Below, piece by piece: positions 8,720-16,297 of a stretch of DNA of 21,196 nucleotides. Below the pieces are notes generated by a model. The model made no database searches, had not been told where the DNA came from, and saw only the letters and a list, made by a program, of their open reading frames with translations. A program made the position numbers and the translations under genes. Each line of letters starts with the position of its first letter. Within the stretch, counting starts at the first letter, position 1. Origin of the DNA: Cyanobacteria bacterium P01_D01_bin.156 (GTDB lineage Bacteria > Cyanobacteriota > Cyanobacteriia > Phormidesmidales > Phormidesmidaceae); the NCBI GenBank assembly GCA_039024555.1, contig JBCCQQ010000083.1:1-21196 (forward strand), in the 5' to 3' direction.

Positions 8720-10663
8720 ATGACCCTTGCTCAAGAAAGAACTGTTGCTTCTACAACAGTTACTCATCCGTTAGAACCATTAACACCTGATGAGATTACC
8801 GCAGCAGTGGCAATCGTGCGTCAGGAGAAGTCTCTGGAGGCAAGCTTCCGGTTTGCCACGGTTACTCTCAATGAACCAGCCAAAGAAACTGTGCTCAGCT
8901 TTACGCCCGGTGATCCAATTGAGCGAGAAGCCTTTTTGATCTTGCTGGATAATGCAACAGCTAAGACCTACGAGGCTATCGTCTCCCTTGGCAATGGACA
9001 GGTAAAATCCTGGGAGCATATCCCCGGTGTGCAGCCGTCGATTATGCTGGACGAATTTATCGAATGCGAGGCGGCGGTTAAGGCCAGTAAGGAATTTCAG
9101 GCTGCGATCGCAAAACGTGGCATCACCGACCCAGACTTGGTTATGGTAGACCCTTGGTCAGCCGGAAACTACGGCATCGCCGATGAAGCAGGCGTCAGAC
9201 TTTCCAGGGCACTGTGCTGGGTTAAAGCTAATCCCACCGACAACGGCTATGCCCGACCGATTGAGGGAGTGGTACCTGTGGTCGATCTCAACAAAATGGA
9301 GGTCATCCGGGTAGAAGACTATGGTGTCATCCCACTGCCGCCTCAGGATGGAAACTATACCACCGAGTACGTTAAAGAGTATCGTCAAGATTTAAAACCC
9401 CTAGAGATTATTCAGCCAGAAGGCCCCAGCTTTACCGTAGAAGGCCATGAAATCTCCTGGCAAAAGTGGAAGATTCGCATTGGTTTTACCCCACGGGAAG
9501 GCTTAGTGCTTTACACCGTTACCTACACAGACCAGGGAGAAGAGCGCCCCATCTTTTATCGGGCCTCTTTAGCAGAGATGACGGTGCCCTATGGCGATCC
9601 TAAACCCTACTCCTATCGGAAGAATGCCTTTGATGTGGGGGAATATGGCATTGGTTCTCTGGCCAATTCTCTAACCTTAGGGTGCGACTGTCTGGGCGAG
9701 ATTTATTACTTCGATGCGTTTATCACCGACTCCCGTGGTGGTGTAGCTCAGATTGAAAATGCGGTCTGTCTCCATGAAGAAGACTTTGGCATTCTTTGGA
9801 AGCACATGGACTGGCGTACGGAGCACACCGAAGTGCGTCGTTCTCGTCGTCTGGTTATCTCCTTTATCGCCACTGTAGGCAATTACGAATATGGCTTCTA
9901 CTGGTACTTTTATCAGGATGGCACCATTCAGTACGAAGTGAAGCTTACCGGGATGGTGAGTACCGCCGCTGTTATGCCGGGGGAAGTGCCCAAATATGGC
10001 ACTCTGGTTGCACCACAGCTGAATGCCCCCATCCACCAACACATTTTTAATGTACGGATGGACATGTGTGTAGACGGCCAGAATAATTCTGTCTACGAAG
10101 TAGATATTGTACCTGAAGAAGACGAGCACAATCCCTATAGCAATGCCTTTTATGCCCAGTCCACACTGCTAACCAGTGAACAGGCCGCACAACGGACAAT
10201 CGATCCGATGAAAGGGCGCTATTGGAAAATAGTAAATCCGTCAAAGACAAATGCCATGGGGTATCCAACCGCCTACAAGCTAATGCCGGGAGAAAATACC
10301 CTACCCCTAGCTCGACCAAACGCTAGCGTGATCAAGCGCGCTACCTACATGACGAAACATCTGTGGGTGACCCCCTACAGCCCCGATGAGAAGTTTCCAG
10401 CAGGCGATTATCCTAACCAGCATCCGGGGGGTGTGGGTCTTCCGGAATGGACCCAAGCGGATCGCTCGGTTGAAGATACCGATGTGGTAGTGTGGTACAC
10501 CTTTGCCCACAGTCACTCTCCCCGCGCGGAAGACTGGCCAGTGATGCCGGTCGCCACCATTGGATTTATGCTCAAACCACTCAATTTCTTTGATGAGAAT
10601 CCATCCAATGATGTGCCACCGTCACCCAAGAACCACGGTAGTAAGCAGACCTGTTGCGGTTAG
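8720..10663 (+). CDS. tynA: Copper/TPQ-dependent primary amine oxidase (cytoplasmic, no signal peptide)
   Basis: HPLEPLT N-terminus, catalytic Asp in NAFDVGEYG, LGCDCLG, TPQ consensus TVGNYEY (9872-9892), Cu ligands HQH and HSHSPRAEDWPVMP. Confidence 0.95.
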   Translation: MTLAQERTVASTTVTHPLEPLTPDEITAAVAIVRQEKSLEASFRFATVTLNEPAKETVLSFTPGDPIEREAFLILLDNATAKTYEAIVSLGNGQVKSWEHIPGVQPSIMLDEFIECEAAVKASKEFQAAIAKRGITDPDLVMVDPWSAGNYGIADEAGVRLSRALCWVKANPTDNGYARPIEGVVPVVDLNKMEVIRVEDYGVIPLPPQDGNYTTEYVKEYRQDLKPLEIIQPEGPSFTVEGHEISWQKWKIRIGFTPREGLVLYTVTYTDQGEERPIFYRASLAEMTVPYGDPKPYSYRKNAFDVGEYGIGSLANSLTLGCDCLGEIYYFDAFITDSRGGVAQIENAVCLHEEDFGILWKHMDWRTEHTEVRRSRRLVISFIATVGNYEYGFYWYFYQDGTIQYEVKLTGMVSTAAVMPGEVPKYGTLVAPQLNAPIHQHIFNVRMDMCVDGQNNSVYEVDIVPEEDEHNPYSNAFYAQSTLLTSEQAAQRTIDPMKGRYWKIVNPSKTNAMGYPTAYKLMPGENTLPLARPNASVIKRATYMTKHLWVTPYSPDEKFPAGDYPNQHPGGVGLPEWTQADRSVEDTDVVVWYTFAHSHSPRAEDWPVMPVATIGFMLKPLNFFDENPSNDVPPSPKNHGSKQTCCG

Positions 10664-10715
10664 CAAGAAATAATAAAGGTAGGAATTCTGAAGCTTTTTT
10701 AGGCCAAAAACAACT

Positions 10716-10817
10716 GGTTCCCCTTGCGAAGGGGAACCGTCAGGGAGGGGTCTCAACACTGTGCGCTAATGACCGAAAACCCCTCCGCCTACAGCACCTC
10801 CCCTTCGCAAGGGGAGG
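10716..10817. repeat. REP-like double-hairpin repeat
   Basis: Hairpins GGTTCCCCTTGCGAAGGGGAACC (10716-10738) and CCTCCCCTTCGCAAGGGGAGG (10797-10817) in inverted orientation, with an inner GGAGGGGT/ACCCCTCC pair. Confidence 0.8.
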
Positions 10818-10855
10818 ACCTACTTAAACATTTCTACAGTAAAAGTTTTTTTTAC

Positions 10856-12709
10856 ATGGTGAGTTCTACCACCCTATCTCCCCCCAATTACCAAGACATC
10901 CCAGCGCCCCTGGCACAGATTGTCGCTGAATATCGCATCGATCCTGGCACAGCTATCTCCTATACCGTTGCCCAAGGGCAATATATTCAAATCATCGACG
11001 TATCCGGTGCCCAATGTTCTGACTTCCTAGCGTTTAACGCCAACGATTACACCCAAGCAATCGACAGCACCGTTACCCGCACCCTGAATAGCGTTACCAA
11101 TCCACAGGCCGGACTCCATAGTAAATATTTCTCCCAGTCCATGGCCCCCCTGGTCGAGGTCATCCAGGACACCTGCAGTCGTCACGATAGTTTTCTATTA
11201 GCCTGTACCCCTCGCTATTACGAAGATGCAGGCTACCCAGGACACCCTAGCTGCAGCGAGAATTTTAATCAGGTCCTCAAACAGTATGGGATGCCCCGGC
11301 GGCCAGGATGGCCTGCCATTAATTTTTTCTACAACACCCAGGTAGATTGTCACGGCAATATCCTCTCGGAGGAATCTTGGTCTCGGCCAGGGGACTATGT
11401 GTTGCTTAAAGCTCACCAGGATTTGCTATGTGCTAGTTCTGCCTGTCCCGATGATATTGATCCAGCCAATGGATGGCATCCCACACCGATTCATATCCGA
11501 ATCTATGGGGCCGATACCCGCCAGTTTGCCCGCGCCATCGGTCGACGAGTCGCTGCTGATTTTCCATTACGGCTGACCCAGGACAGTGCGTTTACTCCCT
11601 GTATTCGCCAGCTGACAGATAACCTGGTGGACTATAACGGTTTTTGGGTGCCCAATAGCTTTGCCCACCAGGGAGATCAGGCAGAATATTGGGCCTTACG
11701 ACGGCGAGCGGCACTGATGGATCTCTCAGCGCTGAGAAAGTTTGAGGTGACTGGCCCTGATGCCTTTTTGCTGCTGCAGTATGCGTTTTCTCGCAACTTA
11801 GAAAAGGTTACGCCTGGACGATCGGCCTATGGGTGTTTGCTCAGCCCCCACGGCGGCATTGTCGATGATGGCATTGTCTTTTGCTTTAGCCCTAACCACT
11901 ATCGCTATGTGGGCAATTGCGATACCGATGGCGATTGGCTCCAGCGGGTTGCCCAACGGCAGGATTGGAATGTGGAGATCGAGGCCATTAGCGATCGCAT
12001 CCACAACTTAGCCCTACAAGGCCCTAAATCTCGCGAGATTCTCAGACCGTTGCTAGCGTTTGCCGACCCCACAATGACCCTAGAAAACCTAGGGTATTTT
12101 CGCTTTGCAGCCGCCAAAATTGGGACCATTCCCCTGCTCCTTTCCCGCACGGGCTATACCGGTGAATTAGGCTACGAACTGTTTGTCCATCCCGACCATG
12201 GAGCTGACCTGTGGCACCAGCTGATGCAGGCCGGAAACCCGGTTGGTCTACGACCGCTAGGAATGCAGGCCCTTGACCGGGCCAGAATTGAAGCAGGCTT
12301 GCTGGCATCGGGCTACGAATTTGATGATTTAACCTCCCCTTATCAGGTAGGCATTGGCTGGACCGTCGCCATGAAAAAGCCAGATTTTATGGGTAAGGCA
12401 GCCTTAGAAAAGATTCGTCAGCATCCCCCCAGAGTGGCCGTCGGTCTAGTGTTAGCAAGCAATGAAATCGCAGCCCATAGCCACAGTATCTATGCCCAGG
12501 GAGAACGCTGGCGGATTGGTCAGATCACCAGTGCTACATTTTCACCCATCTTAAATCGGAGTATTGCCATGGCTCAGGTTGTGCCTGACTACGCAGTACC
12601 TGGCACAACTGTTGACGTGGGTCTATTGGATGGCATTAAACGTCGAGTAGCGGCTACCGTCGGTCCATTAGCGGCCTTTGATCCAACTAAAAGCCGAGTG
12701 CGCGTGTAA
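10856..12709 (+). CDS. DUF1989 + GcvT-type aminomethyltransferase fusion, TMAO demethylase (Tdm)-like
   Basis: DUF1989 motifs QCSDFLAF, HDSFLLAC, GHPSC and SSACPDDIDPANGW. Folate-binding domain motifs DLSALRKFEVTGPDA, GGIVDDG, SRTGYTGELGYE and RIEAG. The tracked start at 10724 lies inside the repeat, so ATG 10856 is preferred. Confidence 0.88.
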   Translation: MVSSTTLSPPNYQDIPAPLAQIVAEYRIDPGTAISYTVAQGQYIQIIDVSGAQCSDFLAFNANDYTQAIDSTVTRTLNSVTNPQAGLHSKYFSQSMAPLVEVIQDTCSRHDSFLLACTPRYYEDAGYPGHPSCSENFNQVLKQYGMPRRPGWPAINFFYNTQVDCHGNILSEESWSRPGDYVLLKAHQDLLCASSACPDDIDPANGWHPTPIHIRIYGADTRQFARAIGRRVAADFPLRLTQDSAFTPCIRQLTDNLVDYNGFWVPNSFAHQGDQAEYWALRRRAALMDLSALRKFEVTGPDAFLLLQYAFSRNLEKVTPGRSAYGCLLSPHGGIVDDGIVFCFSPNHYRYVGNCDTDGDWLQRVAQRQDWNVEIEAISDRIHNLALQGPKSREILRPLLAFADPTMTLENLGYFRFAAAKIGTIPLLLSRTGYTGELGYELFVHPDHGADLWHQLMQAGNPVGLRPLGMQALDRARIEAGLLASGYEFDDLTSPYQVGIGWTVAMKKPDFMGKAALEKIRQHPPRVAVGLVLASNEIAAHSHSIYAQGERWRIGQITSATFSPILNRSIAMAQVVPDYAVPGTTVDVGLLDGIKRRVAATVGPLAAFDPTKSRVRV

Positions 12710-12721
12710 GGGGAAATGATC

Positions 12722-13207
12722 ATGAGTAACTCGCTTTGGGATATGGCAGGTGTGGATAGTTTGGCCGTAGCCAAGGATTTATTTGGCCAAGAAGTCGGGT
12801 ATCTAGCCCCGTTTCAATCCATAGAAACAATGTTCGAGGGAAAAAACTGTTCCATATTGAGGCTATGTGAGCGCAACTTTCGGATCGCTTACTCAGCACC
12901 GCTCCATCCACTGATAGACCCCCTACATGCCAACATCTGGTTCAAGCAATTTGATTGGCTAGCCAGAATAGTGTTACCGAGTCGTTTTCTCCCAACTATT
13001 GTTTCCCAGGCTACAGTCAGACCGCCCCATCGTCTGAGAAACATCCCCAACCATCAAGCGGCTCCTGCCCAATTCAACGATATCCCGGTATTACTTTGGC
13101 AACATCCAAATCAGGGCAAGGCATCCCTGGAACTCCACTGTGCCCAAAAAGATCTTGAGATTCTACAAAAAATTGTAACAACGGAGATGACAGAGGTGGT
13201 TCAGTAA
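12722..13207 (+). CDS. Hypothetical protein, weak resemblance to sarcosine oxidase gamma / GcvT N-terminal fold
   Basis: ORF starts 12 nt after the Tdm-like stop with an AAGGGG RBS (alternative ATG 12716). The pattern LWDMAGVDSLAVAKDLFG..CSILRLCERNFRI is reminiscent of SoxG; this is a weak call. Confidence 0.7.
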   Translation: MSNSLWDMAGVDSLAVAKDLFGQEVGYLAPFQSIETMFEGKNCSILRLCERNFRIAYSAPLHPLIDPLHANIWFKQFDWLARIVLPSRFLPTIVSQATVRPPHRLRNIPNHQAAPAQFNDIPVLLWQHPNQGKASLELHCAQKDLEILQKIVTTEMTEVVQ

Positions 13208-13217
13208 ACCTGAATAC
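13204..13217. promoter_or_regulatory. NtcA-binding box upstream of amt
   Basis: GTA-AACCTGAA-TAC(A) is an exact GTA-N8-TAC. Candidate -10 boxes are CATACT (13240, 22-nt spacer) or TACTCT (13242, 24-nt spacer). Confidence 0.7.
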
Positions 13218-13245
13218 AGTCCCGTAGGGATTAGCACTGCATACT

Positions 13246-13259
13246 CTTGGTATAACAAG
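13246..13259. promoter_or_regulatory. Candidate operator palindrome, copy 3 (CTTGGTATAACAAG)
   Basis: 13/14 match to CTTGTTATAACAAG. Lies directly over the predicted transcription start of the amt operon. Confidence 0.62.
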
Positions 13260-13463
13260 TCGATCTAGATTGCCTTAAACAGGCAATTTAGTTTACTCAA
13301 TCTCAAAGAATAATCGCGGGTGAAACAGTTAACCTCTTAAGCGTCTTTCAGGGTACTTTTTGGTCATTTTCTTTTAGAAAAGACTTTGTGCATCCGTTTT
13401 TTTGATGATTGAAAATCGTTCCGTTATTTTTGACCATTTGTAGAATCCATACTGGAGTCGAGC

Positions 13464-14864
13464 ATGTCTCCTGAGTCGCAAGAGTTTCTCGCAACTTTCG
13501 TGTCGGAGTCCTATTACTACTGGGCCTCCGTCTTTATGATACTTATTCACGTGGGCTTCTTGGCCTACGAAGGGGGTGCTTCACGCACCAAAAACGTTCT
13601 AGCCACTATGGTTAAGAACCTGCTTACCCTATCTATTGTTGGTCTTACCTTCTTCTTCTTTGGTTGGTGGGTCTACAACGCCTTCCCACTGTTCCCCCTA
13701 ACTGGCGGCATTGTTGGTCCTTGGACTAGCCCGGATTCTGAGGGAATTGTGGGTGAAGTGTTGGGATTGGTGCAAGCGTCTTATCCCTGGTCACCCGCCA
13801 TGGGTCCCAATATTGCAGACAACCTCACTGGTGTCTTCTGGTTTGCCTTTGCCCTGTTCTCCATGACCACCGCATCTATCCTTTCGGGTGCTGTAATCGA
13901 GCGGATTAAAGTTGGTGCCTATGCCATTCTGGCGGTTGTCCTAGGTTCTTTCACTTGGGTTGTTGCAGCGGCTTGGGGCTGGCATCCCTACGGTTGGTTT
14001 TTAACTAACTTTGGCTACCACGACTTTGGCTGTTCAGCCGTATTACACGGTGTTTCTGGTTTCTTCGCCTTGGGTGTTCTAATTAACTTAGGCCCCCGGA
14101 TTGGCAAGTTTAAGCCCGATGGTAAACCGAATACGATTATGCCCCACAACCTACCTTTAACAATGGTAGGACTGATGCTAATCTTTGTCGGTTTCTACGC
14201 GTTTCTGGCAGCCTGTGTGATCTTTGTTCCAGGTCAAACCACAGAGATTACCATTTACGGCACTCCCATGACATTAGCTTCTGTCGGTGTGAACACCACA
14301 TTAGCTCTTTGCTCGGGTATTGTCGGTGCCTACATTAGCTCCAAGGCCGATCCGTTTTTCACCATTTCCGGTGGTCTGGCAGGGATTATTTCCGTAGGTG
14401 CAGGTCTCGACCTTTACAGCCCTGCAATGATTATCCTGATTGCCTTTATCGGTGCTTACACCATGCCTTTTGTGGGTAAAGCTGTTGAAAAAGCGGGTAT
14501 TGATGACGCTGTCGGTGCGTTTGCAGTTCACGGCTACTGTGGTCTTTTGGGCGCTATGACAGTGGGCATCATGGCCTCTGGCTATCCCCAAGGTGATGGC
14601 ATTCCTCTAACTGGTTTTGTCGGTCAGCTGGTCGGTACTTTCGTGTGTACCATTATCCTGGGCTTCATCCCTGGCTATGGCGTTAGCTTCGTCCTCAAGA
14701 AGTTGGGTATGCTGCGGGTTTCCCAAGAAGAAGAGATTGCTGGTTTGGACCTTTCAGAATTTGGTCTCGAAGGCTATCCGGAGTATCCAATTGTGCCTGA
14801 ACAAAATGGCCATACAGCTGATGCTTCCATTTCTGTATCCCAGCAAACTAGTCCCATGATGTAA
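13464..14864 (+). CDS. amt: Amt-family transporter, atypical (possible methylamine/organic amine permease)
   Basis: GFLAYEGG..RTKN, ILSGAVIER, HDFGCSAVLH, LGPRIGKF, PHN, DDAVGAFAVHG and LRVSQEEEIAGLD. About 11 hydrophobic segments; GGAG RBS. Confidence 0.93.
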   Translation: MSPESQEFLATFVSESYYYWASVFMILIHVGFLAYEGGASRTKNVLATMVKNLLTLSIVGLTFFFFGWWVYNAFPLFPLTGGIVGPWTSPDSEGIVGEVLGLVQASYPWSPAMGPNIADNLTGVFWFAFALFSMTTASILSGAVIERIKVGAYAILAVVLGSFTWVVAAAWGWHPYGWFLTNFGYHDFGCSAVLHGVSGFFALGVLINLGPRIGKFKPDGKPNTIMPHNLPLTMVGLMLIFVGFYAFLAACVIFVPGQTTEITIYGTPMTLASVGVNTTLALCSGIVGAYISSKADPFFTISGGLAGIISVGAGLDLYSPAMIILIAFIGAYTMPFVGKAVEKAGIDDAVGAFAVHGYCGLLGAMTVGIMASGYPQGDGIPLTGFVGQLVGTFVCTIILGFIPGYGVSFVLKKLGMLRVSQEEEIAGLDLSEFGLEGYPEYPIVPEQNGHTADASISVSQQTSPMM

Positions 14865-14874
14865 GGAGTGCCCC

Positions 14875-15306
14875 ATGCCAAGTCCTTTCTCAACGATAGA
14901 AGAGTTTAACGCTGCCATTGATGGCCCAACGGGTGGAGCGATTTATACCTTTGCCAATGCCCCCGTCATTAATGCAATTGCGTTGATAGTTTCTGTTGGC
15001 CTATTTGTTTGGTTTATTGTTGCCACCTACTTACCAGGCCATCCCCTACCTTCGGTTGATAAGTCAATTAATCGATTGAGTAGCTTTATTGTGGTTGGAT
15101 TGTTGTCTCTAGTCGCTGCCGATCAGATTCAACAACCTCGTCAGCAACAGACGACCCAGGAAACGTCAGAAACCACGTTTGCTCAGACCTCAAAGCGAGC
15201 AGCACCTCTGGCTTTATTGGGTATGGCCGGTATTGGCCTACCGCGCCGCAGTAAGTCTCAACGCCGAAAGCGGTCTTACCGCAACTTTGGCAGTTATAAG
15301 CGCTAG
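14875..15306 (+). CDS. Small membrane protein directly downstream of amt
   Basis: AAGGAG RBS overlaps the amt stop codon. Two to three hydrophobic segments and a basic C-terminal tail. Confidence 0.8.
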   Translation: MPSPFSTIEEFNAAIDGPTGGAIYTFANAPVINAIALIVSVGLFVWFIVATYLPGHPLPSVDKSINRLSSFIVVGLLSLVAADQIQQPRQQQTTQETSETTFAQTSKRAAPLALLGMAGIGLPRRSKSQRRKRSYRNFGSYKR

Positions 15307-15340
15307 TTGTTCAAACGCGTTCCTTAAACACACAGACGAT

Positions 15341-15374
15341 ACACTGTACTTCTTTAAGAGGTACAGTGTTTTTT
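15341..15374 (+). terminator. Intrinsic-terminator-like hairpin overlapping the RBS region of the next gene
   Basis: ACACTGTACTTCT-TTA-AGAGGTACAGTGT forms a 13-bp stem with one G-U pair and is followed by TTTTT. Confidence 0.6.
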
Positions 15375-15377
15375 ATC

Positions 15378-16202
15378 ATGCAGATAAGTCTCTTATCCTA
15401 TCTTGAGCCACTCTTAAACGTTCATCACGCTGACAATCAACAACCTGATAATCTATGTGGTCCCTACTGGATATCGCTATTATTAAAGGCCTATGGTGAT
15501 TTGAATGTGAGCGCTATAGAAGTTGCGATCGCAGCCTCCACCATACTTCCCAGCCAGGGCAATCCAACTGATTGGCTTCCCCCCAGAGCCACCTCTCTTC
15601 AAGGCACCGATTACGATAGAATCCCCACCCACACCGATCTAAACATTTGCGGCACCTCTATCAAAGGGCTTGTTCATGCCACAAACACCCTGAGCCAGGA
15701 AAAGTTCTGTTTAATCCCGCTACAAACCACCGACTGGAAAACAGGACTATCAGCTGTTTTAACCCTTTGTCACTCGCATCCTACCTGGCAAGCCATTCCC
15801 CTACTCAATTGCCATACCAGTTACTTTTGGGGAACAAACCTTTCCCCCTTCACGCTTATTTCCTATTTACAAGGGCAACCCGTATCTCCTCCAGCCCCTG
15901 ACTGGAGCGTTGGTCATTTTAATGTTCTCATTGGAGATATTCATAAAGATGCCAATAGGCTCTATGCCATACTCGACACCTATCCCCAGTTTGGCTGGCA
16001 GGGTTGGCATCTGCAGCCAGCAGCAGCGGTAAGTCAGTCGCTACAGCGTCCTCAGCAAACTAGCCAAGGCGGTCTGGCCCTATTCGTAAAAGCAGAACTG
16101 TATTCCGAAATAAAACAGCTCATCACTCAACAAGGCTTAGAGATTTCCGCTTGGGATAATGGTTCTCCAACGGTAGACATTTCGGAAAGCTCAACACAAT
16201 AA
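15378..16202 (+). CDS. Hypothetical protein with papain-like (C39/phytochelatin-synthase-type) Cys-His-Asp motifs
   Basis: QQPDNLCGP (oxyanion Gln and nucleophile Cys), VGHFNVL (His) and AILDTYP (Asp). Alternative start is GTG 15366. Confidence 0.75.
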   Translation: MQISLLSYLEPLLNVHHADNQQPDNLCGPYWISLLLKAYGDLNVSAIEVAIAASTILPSQGNPTDWLPPRATSLQGTDYDRIPTHTDLNICGTSIKGLVHATNTLSQEKFCLIPLQTTDWKTGLSAVLTLCHSHPTWQAIPLLNCHTSYFWGTNLSPFTLISYLQGQPVSPPAPDWSVGHFNVLIGDIHKDANRLYAILDTYPQFGWQGWHLQPAAAVSQSLQRPQQTSQGGLALFVKAELYSEIKQLITQQGLEISAWDNGSPTVDISESSTQ

Positions 16203-16297
16203 TTATCGTTATCAAACCCTATTCTGTCCCTTCATATACAGTATCCAGTTGCCATTTTCGCCACATTGAAGGAACAAAAATATTTGGAGCCCTCTTC

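Noticed and set aside
8496..10817. CRISPR array or tRNA/rRNA genes
   Set aside because: The repeats are isolated inverted hairpins, not regularly spaced direct repeats. No structural RNA gene signatures were seen anywhere in the window.
10724..10855. 44-aa N-terminal extension of the Tdm-like ORF in the track
   Set aside because: The TTG start lies inside a REP-like hairpin and the extension is largely translated repeat sequence; ATG 10856 is more plausible.
13260..13463. Glutamine riboswitch or other ncRNA in the long amt leader
   Set aside because: Only a 7-bp hairpin (13269-13287) and an isolated ATCGTTC are seen; the rest of the glnA-motif consensus is absent. An Rfam/Infernal scan would settle it.
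15196..15306. PEP-CTERM-like sorting signal at the end of the small membrane protein
   Set aside because: It has a hydrophobic stretch and basic tail but no VPEP motif, and the protein has no cleavable N-terminal signal.
16226..16239. GTC-N8-TAC near-NtcA box upstream of the second GS-like gene
   Set aside because: One mismatch, only a weak -10 (CACATT) at the right spacing and no operator copy; not distinguishable from chance.
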